This document shows positions 8,301 through 15,298 of a stretch of 32,000 bases of DNA, one piece after another (the stretch's first letter is position 1; every line of letters begins with the position of its first letter). The position numbers and the translations under genes are program-made. The stretch comes from Sedimentisphaera cyanobacteriorum. GTDB lineage: Bacteria; Planctomycetota; Phycisphaerae; Sedimentisphaerales; Sedimentisphaeraceae. The notes under the pieces are model-generated. The model saw nothing but the letters and a program-made list of their open reading frames with translations, did no database searches and was not told the DNA's origin. The stretch lies in the NCBI RefSeq assembly GCF_001997385.1, contig NZ_CP019633.1, positions 2,310,001 through 2,342,000 of the forward strand, in the 5' to 3' direction.

Positions 8301-9719
8301 ATGCAAAGAAGAAATTTCCTTAAAACAGCCGCAGTGATGGCGGGCGCAGCTGCATTTCCTGATTTCCTGCAAGCAGCAGAGAAGAATAATAAAAACGTTC
8401 TTATTATCGTATGCGATGATCTGGGCGCTCATGATCTGGGGTGTTATGGGAACACCCTCCACGAAACGCCCAACCTCGACAGGCTCGCAAGGCAGGGGAT
8501 GCGTTTTACTCAGGGCTATGCCTCCTGCGCTGTATGCTCGCCCACAAGAGCGAGCCTTCAGACAGGCAAATACCCCGCCCGCCTCGGTATAACAGACTGG
8601 ATACCGGGCGTGCCGATAAATAAGATCAAAAACAGATTTGACCCGGAAATGGAAATAATCCGAACTGAAAAGCAGCTTGAGCTTGAAGAGGTTACTATCG
8701 CAGACTACTTCAAGGCAAAAGGGTACTCAACTGCATTTCTGGGCAAGTGGCATCTGGGCGAAACGGAAAAGTATTACCCCAAAAATCAGGGCTACGATAC
8801 CAACTTCGCCGGCACCCGCAAAGGCGCACCCTACGCCCCGAACCACTACTACGCACCGTACAACAACCCGAAGATCAAGCCGGAGGGCGAGAAGGGCGAA
8901 TACCTCACCGACCGCATTGGCGATGAATCCGCAAAGAGGCTCGCTGAGCTTTGCGAGGGTGAAAAGCCGTTTTATATGCTCACCTGCTTCTACACCGTAC
9001 ATACGCCTATAAAGCCCCGCAAGGATCTTGAAGAGTATTACAGGAAAAAGCTTGAAGCCCGGCCAAACAAGATTTGGGACAACCCATCCTACGCTGCAAT
9101 GGTGCACTGCATGGACGTTAACTGCGGAAAAATCCTCGATGTTCTCAAGGATAAGGGGCTCGAGGATGATACCATAGTTATATTCACCTCCGACAACGGC
9201 GGACTCACCGCCCATAAAAAAGGCCCAACCAGCAACTACCCTCTTCGATCGGGCAAAGGCTTCTACTACGAAGGCGGAATCAGAGAGCCTTATCTTTTCC
9301 GGGTCCCGGGGGTAACCAGGCCCGGGTCTGAGTGCGGCTATCCAATAATTACGAACGACATATTCCCTACGGTTATCGAGGCCACGGGCGGCCAGCTCCT
9401 CCCGCAGCTCCATAAAGACGGCCTGAGCCTTATGCCTCTTCTCTCAGGAAAGAAAGACAGGCTTGCAAGGGAAGACCTTTTCTGGCATTTCCCGCATTAC
9501 CACGGCGAAGGCGAGAGGCCGTGCAGCACTGTCCGCAGCGGGGACTACAAGCTTATCAGGCATTATGAAGGCCCAACCCTCGAGCTTTACAATCTCAGAG
9601 AAGATATCAGCGAGAAAAACGACCTCTCAGAGAAAATGCCCGAGAAGGTAAAGCAGCTCGAGCAAAAACTGGACAATTGGCTCGAAAAGATGAACGCAAA
9701 GATCCCCGAGAAAATATAA
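8301..9719 (+). CDS. Sulfatase (arylsulfatase-A family, Cys-type), Tat signal
   Basis: Twin-arginine motif MQRRNFLKTAAVMAGAAAF starts at the ATG at 8301 (the track start at 8289 is a GTG). Formylglycine motif CSPTR lies at 8535-8549 in the context CAVCSPTRASLQTG. DDLG metal-binding motif is present. Confidence 0.9.
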   Translation: MQRRNFLKTAAVMAGAAAFPDFLQAAEKNNKNVLIIVCDDLGAHDLGCYGNTLHETPNLDRLARQGMRFTQGYASCAVCSPTRASLQTGKYPARLGITDWIPGVPINKIKNRFDPEMEIIRTEKQLELEEVTIADYFKAKGYSTAFLGKWHLGETEKYYPKNQGYDTNFAGTRKGAPYAPNHYYAPYNNPKIKPEGEKGEYLTDRIGDESAKRLAELCEGEKPFYMLTCFYTVHTPIKPRKDLEEYYRKKLEARPNKIWDNPSYAAMVHCMDVNCGKILDVLKDKGLEDDTIVIFTSDNGGLTAHKKGPTSNYPLRSGKGFYYEGGIREPYLFRVPGVTRPGSECGYPIITNDIFPTVIEATGGQLLPQLHKDGLSLMPLLSGKKDRLAREDLFWHFPHYHGEGERPCSTVRSGDYKLIRHYEGPTLELYNLREDISEKNDLSEKMPEKVKQLEQKLDNWLEKMNAKIPEKI

Positions 9720-9857
9720 TCGGTGCAGCAGGCAGTTCGCGGCGGGCGGAAAGTGATTAGAAAAAATGTATATTTAATACAATACCCGCTGGCGTTCTGT
9801 CCAAGCTTACAAAGCTTGTAAAATAATTAAGCGAATGTTAGGTGATGGCAAAAAAAA

Positions 9858-9948
9858 CGGAGAGGGCGGGATTCGAACCCGCGGTACGGGGGATACCCCG
9901 TACGACGGTTTAGCAAACCGCTACCTTCAGCCACTCGGTCACCTCTCC
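9858..9948 (-). tRNA. tRNA-Ser (anticodon GCU), type II with long variable arm, no encoded CCA
   Basis: Reverse complement: GGAGAGG-UG-ACCGAGUGGCUGAAGGU-A-GCGGU-UUGCUAA-ACCGU-(GUACGGGG UAU CCCCGUAC variable arm)-GCGGG UUCGAAU CCCGC-CCUCUCC-G. The acceptor, anticodon and T arms all pair. A T8 run follows. Confidence 0.9.
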
Positions 9949-10087
9949 GTATAGAGATTTGCAGCCTGTAAAAGACGGCGAGAGGAAAAATATACAAATT
10001 TAATTGCTGTATGCAAGATAATTCGCTTGAAATTTACTAAGATTTTTGTAAATTACTTCATTCCCCGCAAATCGGGCATAAAATAGT

Positions 10088-10161
10088 GCGTCAGTAGCTC
10101 AATTGGATAGAGCGTTGGTCTACGGAACCAAAGGTTGAGGGTTCGAATCCTTCCTGACGTA
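10088..10161 (+). tRNA. tRNA-Arg (anticodon ACG), 74 nt, no encoded CCA
   Basis: GCGTCAG-TA-GCTC AATTGGATA GAGC-G-TTGGT CTACGGA ACCAA-AGGTT-GAGGG TTCGAAT CCTTC-CTGACGT-A. The cloverleaf is complete (G1-U72 wobble) and is followed by TTTTGTTTTT. Confidence 0.9.
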
Positions 10162-10463
10162 TTTTGTTTTTATCACCTCTCAGCCCCTTGAAATTGCCGT
10201 TTTGAGACCTCTCAGGGGCGTTTTCGCTGCTTCCAGCATTCCCTGAATATTTGCTTCCATCGTTCGCTTGAGTTCGCTTAAAACCGCCTTTGGGTGCACA
10301 ATCTGCGTGGATTTTTGCTGGGGTAGAAAATTCGCTGTTTCCTCCCGTTCCGGTTGCTTGCAAATCGGCCTGCTGCTCTTTGATTTCGGGCAGATTTTTT
10401 ATGCGGCATAAAAATTCCCATCTGCCGGCTATATGTACCTTAATTGATTTTAAATCGATTCTG

Positions 10464-10487
10464 CCTTATCGCAATAAGGTGTTTTTT
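10464..10487 (+). terminator. Rho-independent terminator-like hairpin with no annotated upstream gene other than tRNA-Arg
   Basis: CCTTAT-cgca-ATAAGG followed by TGTTTTTTATT. The T-run is on the plus strand only. Confidence 0.45.
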
Positions 10488-10740
10488 ATTCGCATAAAGG
10501 TGTTTAGATGCAAGGGGAATTTTGTTATTATTGCTTTTCAAATATTCGCAGCAATAGCCGGCGAGTGCGGGCTCAAGCTGGAATATCCCCCGAAGAGTTA
10601 GAAGAGCTGCTTAAGAAAAATACGGAAACAGCCGCTCAATACAACATTTCTGTATGAGCGGCAAAATAGTCATATAAACCCGGTTTTCGGTTTATTATGT
10701 ATTGCTGTTCAAAAAAATAATTTAATAATTGGAGATACAA

Positions 10741-12384
10741 ATGATTGTGCAGAAGAGAGCCTTAATAATTGCATTATTAGCCGTTTTCTGTTCGGTTCAG
10801 CCGGCAGAAGCGGGAGTTTTAACCCCGCCGGAAAACATAATCAAGGCCTCCAGCAAGGATTATCCGAATGTTAAAACAAGGCATTTTCAAGGGATCTCAA
10901 GTTTGGCGGTTAGCCCGGAAGGCAGAATCTGGGTTACATGGTACGGCGGCCCAACGCCGTCCGAGGACAAAAATAATTATGCTGTATTGGCCACCAGCGG
11001 CGATAACGGCAAAACCTGGCAGGAGCTTATGGTTGTTGACCCCGACGGGCCTGGTCAGCTTAGAGCTTATGATCCTCAGGTTTGGTTAGACCCGCAAGGA
11101 AGTCTTTGGTGGTTTTGGGCTCAGGCTGTCGCCTACGGGGACAGGGCGCAGACTTGGGCAATGGCTGCCGAAAATCCGGACGATAAGGCCGCGGGCTGGT
11201 CAGAACCGTTTCATATTGCCCAAGGGGTGATTATGGGCAAGCCGACTGTTCTGAAAAACGGCGACTGGCTTATGCCTGTAAGTGATTGGGCAGGTCGAAT
11301 AAGCCGTTCTCCAAATGCTGCTACGGCAGCTGCGTATATATCAGAAAGCGAATGGGCAGGTGAGAGCTTTACCCTACTCGGTACAGCTTTGGTTCCCATA
11401 AAAGACCGAAGCTTTGATGAGCATATGATAGTTGAAAAGAAGGATGGAAGCCTTTGGCTGCTCGCTCGAACAAAGTACGGCATAGGCGAAAGTTTTTCCG
11501 AGGATGGCGGTAAAACATGGAGCAGGGTTTCGCCATCGGATATAAAGCATCCCTCAGCAAGATTTTTTATCCGCCGCCTGAATTCCGGAAATCTGCTGCT
11601 CGTTAAGCACGGCCCGATAAACGAAAAAACAGGACGCAGAGATTTAATGGCATTCATCTCTGAAGATGACGGAAAAACCTGGCAGGGCGGCCTTATGCTT
11701 GACGAAAGAAAGAAGGTGTCCTACCCGGACGGCCAGCAAACCTCAGACGGCAAGATCTATATCACCTATGACTGCGACAGATACGGAGAAAAGAAAATCC
11801 TTATGGCCGTGTTTACTGAAAAGGACGCCTTGGCGGGCGAGGCCGTAACAGAGGATGTGCGTTTGAGGGTTGTTATCAGTAAAAACCCGTCTCCAAAGCC
11901 TTATGAGCCTGCTTTGCCGGAGCCTGCTGCTCCGTACGCTGCTGACAAATTCGACTTTGATGACAATTCGAATGAATCCCCAGTCAATTTTTCCCGTCCG
12001 GCTGAGGTCAAGCCTGTTGACGGAGGGGATATTGATACACTCGAAATCGGAGCGAGGATTTGGTCTAACCGCAAGTATGTATTCAGCGTTCTTCCTGAGA
12101 AGATAAAGGGCAAGAAGTTCATCCGCTCAAAGATCGAAAAGAGCAAGGCCAAGGCAGAATCGCAGGGATACGTCTATGTTATCGGCAAACAGAAGGCAAT
12201 TGAAGAAGAATTATTGAAACAGGGTTTTGAAAAGACCGACATCCCTCAGTTCATCCCGTTTGCAGTAAAAGGCCAGGGCAGTTATTACCGTTATGATACC
12301 GTTTCAGTGTATCAAAAGTACGTTGAAAAAGGCGATACAATTGAATACGGGAAATGGGGCATAACCTTAGTTAGTCGTTCCTGA
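10741..12384 (+). CDS. BNR/Asp-box repeat (sialidase-like, GH33-like beta-propeller) exported protein with unassigned ~170-aa C-terminal region
   Basis: GGAGA SD lies 5 nt before the ATG at 10741 (the track start at 10729 is a TTG). Signal peptide MIVQKRALIIALLAVFCSVQPAEA. Three Asp-boxes: SGDNGKTW, SEDGGKTW, SEDDGKTW. The last 4 codons and the stop lie inside the IS5 terminal repeat. Confidence 0.8.
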   Translation: MIVQKRALIIALLAVFCSVQPAEAGVLTPPENIIKASSKDYPNVKTRHFQGISSLAVSPEGRIWVTWYGGPTPSEDKNNYAVLATSGDNGKTWQELMVVDPDGPGQLRAYDPQVWLDPQGSLWWFWAQAVAYGDRAQTWAMAAENPDDKAAGWSEPFHIAQGVIMGKPTVLKNGDWLMPVSDWAGRISRSPNAATAAAYISESEWAGESFTLLGTALVPIKDRSFDEHMIVEKKDGSLWLLARTKYGIGESFSEDGGKTWSRVSPSDIKHPSARFFIRRLNSGNLLLVKHGPINEKTGRRDLMAFISEDDGKTWQGGLMLDERKKVSYPDGQQTSDGKIYITYDCDRYGEKKILMAVFTEKDALAGEAVTEDVRLRVVISKNPSPKPYEPALPEPAAPYAADKFDFDDNSNESPVNFSRPAEVKPVDGGDIDTLEIGARIWSNRKYVFSVLPEKIKGKKFIRSKIEKSKAKAESQGYVYVIGKQKAIEEELLKQGFEKTDIPQFIPFAVKGQGSYYRYDTVSVYQKYVEKGDTIEYGKWGITLVSRS

Positions 12385-12388
12385 AAAA
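12371..12388. repeat. IS5-family terminal inverted repeat (transposase 3' side)
   Basis: TTAGTCGTTCCTGAAAAA matches the reverse complement of 15158-15175 at 16/18 positions. Confidence 0.6.
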
Positions 12389-12419
12389 TCAATGATTTTG
12401 GGGAAACTAAAAAAATATA

Positions 12420-13733
12420 TCAGGCTAATCGAGTCTTTAATTTGCTTTTCATTGCCAAATTTCTGTAAAATTCAATAATTTTAAGCATAAAAATATAGGC
12501 AAAAGTAAACTTCTCTAGAAGTTTACGCATATTGTACCCAAAAGCGCTGCCGAGGGCGTTCATTTTGTCCCCTTCTACACCTTTCAAGAAGTTTCTTCCC
12601 AACCTGTTGTCTTCTTTGAGGTGGCCTATCGTTTGTTCTATGCTCGATCTTCTCTTAATCCACCTCTTGATACTTCGTTTCTTTTTTCGCCAGCCCTTTT
12701 CTACAATTTCAACATTTCCAATATCTTCGCAGCCATGTTTCTTGTATCCTCCATCAACATAAACATCTCCAAGCTTTTCTCTCCCGATTAAATTCATTGT
12801 CTGCTTCAGATTAGCCCGAAGAGTATGGCCATCATAAGGGTTTCCTTCAAAGCCCAACGCTCCTACGATAAAATTATTCTTGGCAGTAGTTACAATTCCA
12901 ACCTTATTTCCAAACTCATATTTCTTGTGGCTTTTGCCTTTCCCAATGCAGCAGACGTGAGGTTCGTGAATACTGTAGAGTTTATTTTTGCTTTTCTTTG
13001 TCTGGGCTAAAAGCTTCTTAGCGGCTTGAAGCAATGTATCAAAAATTATTCTTAACTGCTCATTGCCTGCTATATTCCGCTCGACCTCTTTCGTAATTCG
13101 CCGCAGGTAGTTCCTTAATTTCTTCACTTCTTTTTTAGCTCTTTTGAACTGTTTTGCACGTCGATACCTGCCCTGCATTACATACGCCCTTTTCCCAACC
13201 CTTTCGTAGCTTTGGCGAAGTTGGAGTTTTGATGCTTTTGCAAGATCTACAAGCTTAATGCGCAGTTTGTGGCAGAGTTTTGCGTCGGTCGGATAAGTGA
13301 TGTTCTTCTGCTGAACGGTTGTATCTGCAACGAGCTTGTTGAAATCGTTCTTTTTGATAACCTTAAGCTTCAAGCCGGCTTTGATAGTTTCTTCGAGCAG
13401 CTCTTCAAGACCATCAGATTTTACCTTATTACGCCACTTAGTCATACTGGTTGGATCAATAGGAGGCTCGTGCTGGAAGTATCTTTCGCCGCAGAAATAC
13501 TGCCAGTAAGGATTCTCAACCCAGCCGGCAACGATTGCTTCATCGCTGAGATTGAAAGTGTACTTGAGATACTGAAGGCCGACCATCAGGCGAATCGGCT
13601 TGGCCGGCCTGCCTGAATCAGGACTGTATAAACTGCCAAACTTCTCTTCAAAGCGAGACCAGTTGACAACCTCTGAGAGTTGGACTAAAGAGTGATCAGG
13701 ATTTACAAGAGGTTTTAATGGCTGCTGAAAGAG
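12420..13733 (-). pseudogene. IS5-family DDE transposase, C-terminal 436 codons (N-terminus severed by IS3 insertion)
   Basis: The in-frame region upstream of the track Met reads ...LFQQPLKPLVNPDHSLVQLSEVVNWSRFEEKFGSLYSPDSGRPAKPIRLMVGLQYLKYTFNLSDE (InsH-N/DUF772-type N-domain). No start codon lies before it. DDE-region motifs: VADTTVQQKNITYPTDAKL, YVDGGYK, IEQTIGHLKEDNRLGRNFLKG. Confidence 0.85.
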
Positions 13734-13771
13734 TGTGCCTCTCCCCTGTCTTTGAACAGTAATAATTAGAC
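13734..13771. repeat. IS3-family right terminal inverted repeat (contains the orfB stop)
   Basis: TGTGCCTCTCCCCTGTCTTTGAACAGTAATAATTAGAC versus the reverse complement of 14960-14997. Confidence 0.75.
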
Positions 13772-14656
13772 AAATTCCTTCAAACAGCAGTTTTTTCCTT
13801 TTGCCCCTTCAGAATTATTTTGAGGGGTGAAAGGCAAAAAACTGCGGACATACTCTACAGGAGTTTTCCCTCCCAGTGATTCGTGCCCACGCTCATAATT
13901 ATATTCTATAAGCCAATCTAAAGTTAAATTACGAGCTTCTGATAAATTCTTAAAACTGTACATATCAAGTATATCCTCTCGATAACTCCGATTGAATCGT
14001 TCAATAAAACTGTTTTGCTGAGGCTTGCCTGCTTCTATACGGCGGTGCCTGATTCTGTTTCGGCAGCAGAACCTGCGAAATTGAAGGCTCCTAAATTCCG
14101 GCCCATTATCGCTGCGAATAAAGCGGGGGAAACCCCGATCAGAGCCTATTAATTCAAGGCTACGAATTATGCGAAGCGAAGGTAAGCTCGTGTCGATCTC
14201 AATATCCAATGCCTCACGGTTAAACTCATCGATAACGTTGAAAGCCCTGAATGGCCGACCATTACTCAAACTATCGCTCATAAAATCAATACTCCATATC
14301 TCATTAGCTCTCGTGGCTTCTGGCATAGGTTTAAGCTCTATTTGCCTTATCAAATTCTTTTTACGGTTGTTAAGCTGAAATTCATTTTCCTTATAAACAC
14401 GATAAACCTTTTTGTGATTCCAGCTATATCCCTTGCGGCGGATACTGTCGAATATCTTTGGAAATCCGCGTCGAGGACGGGAATCTATTACCAGCTCTAT
14501 CTGTCTTTTTACCTCAGCATCATCGTTTCTTGAAGGAGTATAGTAAAAACTGCCCCGGCTGATGCCTGCTGCTTTACAAGATGATTGCACGCATAAGCCC
14601 TTAGAATGTGCCTGCCTGGCAAAATCCTTTCGCTCGGCAGGCTTTAGAAGTTTTTT
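13766..14656 (-). CDS. IS3-family transposase OrfB (DDE/rve integrase-core domain), expressed as an OrfAB fusion by -1 frameshift
   Basis: The orfB frame is open from 14677. It contains ...GISRGSFYY..., IWSIDFMSD, NVIDEFNREAL, SDNGPEF and YNYERGHESLG, typical of IS3 OrfB. There is no good independent start (the track uses an internal GTG at 14590). Confidence 0.85.
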   Translation of the reverse strand, partial: KKLLKPAERKDFARQAHSKGLCVQSSCKAAGISRGSFYYTPSRNDDAEVKRQIELVIDSRPRRGFPKIFDSIRRKGYSWNHKKVYRVYKENEFQLNNRKKNLIRQIELKPMPEATRANEIWSIDFMSDSLSNGRPFRAFNVIDEFNREALDIEIDTSLPSLRIIRSLELIGSDRGFPRFIRSDNGPEFRSLQFRRFCCRNRIRHRRIEAGKPQQNSFIERFNRSYREDILDMYSFKNLSEARNLTLDWLIEYNYERGHESLGGKTPVEYVRSFLPFTPQNNSEGAKGKNCCLKEFV

Positions 14657-14910
14657 TCTATTAAATCCTTGAGAACGTTATTCTCTAATGATAAGTCCGC
14701 ATACATCTTTTTGAGCTTGCCGTTCTCTCGCTCTAACTCGCGTAAACGCCTTATCTCACTGCCGCCAATACCAGAATACTTGCTCTTCCAGTTGTAAAAT
14801 GTGGCACGGGATATGCCGTATTTCCTGGTCAAATCACTGACCTCTAAACCGGCTTCTGACTCCTTGAGAATCGAAAGTATCTGGCTTTCACTAAACCTCG
14901 ATCTTCGCAT
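14644..14910 (-). CDS. IS3-family transposase OrfA (HTH + leucine-zipper-like)
   Basis: 88 aa: MRRSRFSESQILSILKESEAGLEVSDLTRKYGISRATFYNWKSKY...LRELERENGKLKKMYADLSLEN. Confidence 0.9.
   Translation of the reverse strand: MRRSRFSESQILSILKESEAGLEVSDLTRKYGISRATFYNWKSKYSGIGGSEIRRLRELERENGKLKKMYADLSLENNVLKDLIEKNF
14650..14656 (-). promoter_or_regulatory. Candidate programmed -1 ribosomal frameshift heptamer A AAA AAC (orfA to orfB)
   Basis: The minus strand reads ata gaa aaa aac ttc taa. OrfB is in the -1 frame and open across this site. The A7 run is at 14651-14657, and the site lies 2 codons before the orfA stop. Confidence 0.6.
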
Positions 14911-14959
14911 TTTAAGTTCCTTTCTAAATATTTGAGTTGGTTTATATTATTCAGGAACC

Positions 14960-14997
14960 GTCTAATTTAAAGTGTTCAATTCTATGGGAGAGCTACA
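14960..14997. repeat. IS3-family left terminal inverted repeat
   Basis: The reverse complement is TGTAGCTCTCCCATAGAATTGAACACTTTAAATTAGAC, matching 13734-13771 at 27/38 positions. Confidence 0.75.
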
Positions 14998-15031
14998 AGA
15001 GTAAGCCTGCTTTATTGTTTTTTGCCTTCAT
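14998..15031 (-). pseudogene. Severed first 11 codons of the IS5-family transposase (MKAKNNKAGLL)
   Basis: The reverse complement is atg aag gca aaa aac aat aaa gca ggc tta ctc t. Joining it to 13729 after removing the IS3 and one AGAG copy restores a 1344-nt (447-aa) ORF in frame. Confidence 0.7.
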
Positions 15032-15157
15032 TATTTTGTCCCAATATTGCAATGTTTTGATAGATGTAAGATAAACACTTGCAATATTATACCATATCTC
15101 GAAAGCTTTTCAATCATATAAACCATTATCAGAAAAGAATTTAAGGAAATTTTAAAC

Positions 15158-15175
15158 TTTTTCAGGGGCGACTAA
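15158..15175. repeat. IS5-family terminal inverted repeat (transposase 5' side)
   Basis: TTTTTCAGGGGCGACTAA is the partner of 12371-12388. Confidence 0.6.
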
Positions 15176-15298
15176 ATATTGTCGCACACTGACAGCTTGA
15201 TTGTAATCATTTCGCTTGAGTGGAGAAAGGTTTATAATATAATGCCTGTTTTACACGAAAACGTTATCAAATTATACAGAATTTAGCAGAGAAAGTTT

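Larger units (their letters stand above)
13734..14997 (-). mobile_element. IS3-family insertion sequence (1264 bp; size and 4-bp duplication fit the IS407-like subgroup)
   Basis: Termini are 5'-TG...CA-3'. The 38-bp imperfect terminal inverted repeats match at 27/38 positions. The element is flanked by direct AGAG at 13730-13733 and 14998-15001. It has orfA plus a -1-frame orfB. Confidence 0.85.
12371..15175 (-). mobile_element. IS5-family insertion sequence (about 1537 bp without the nested element), inactivated by a nested IS3-family insertion
   Basis: 18-bp terminal inverted repeats TTAGTCGTTCCTGAAAAA (12371-12388) and the reverse complement of 15158-15175, TTAGTCGCCCCTGAAAAA (16/18 match). 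They enclose a single DDE transposase gene. No clear target duplication was found. Confidence 0.65.

Noticed and set aside
9797-9813. Palindromic hairpin CAAGCTT-aca-AAGCTTG between the sulfatase and tRNA-Ser.
   Set aside because: It consists of two HindIII-type palindromic halves with no flanking U-tract on either strand, so it cannot be assigned as a terminator.
10091-10363. 90-aa minus-strand ORF overlapping tRNA-Arg.
   Set aside because: Its C-terminus is the reverse translation of the tRNA gene. It has no RBS and no recognisable motif. Another minus-strand frame gives a protein-like fragment (...AVLSELKRTMEANIQGMLEAAKTPLRGLKTAISRG), but that is at most 39 codons and has no support.
10088-15175. 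A genomic islet integrated at tRNA-Arg, comprising the BNR gene and the IS elements.
   Set aside because: I found no integrase gene and no direct repeat of the tRNA 3' end downstream. The only match is a 7-nt TTCCTGA at 12378-12384, which is compatible with chance.
12367-15179. Target-site duplication for the IS5 element: TTAG at 12367-12370 and 12371-12374 versus CTAA at 15172-15175.
   Set aside because: TTAG and CTAA are inverted, not direct, so they belong to the inverted repeat. The true flanks (TTAG versus ATAT) differ, so no duplication can be claimed.
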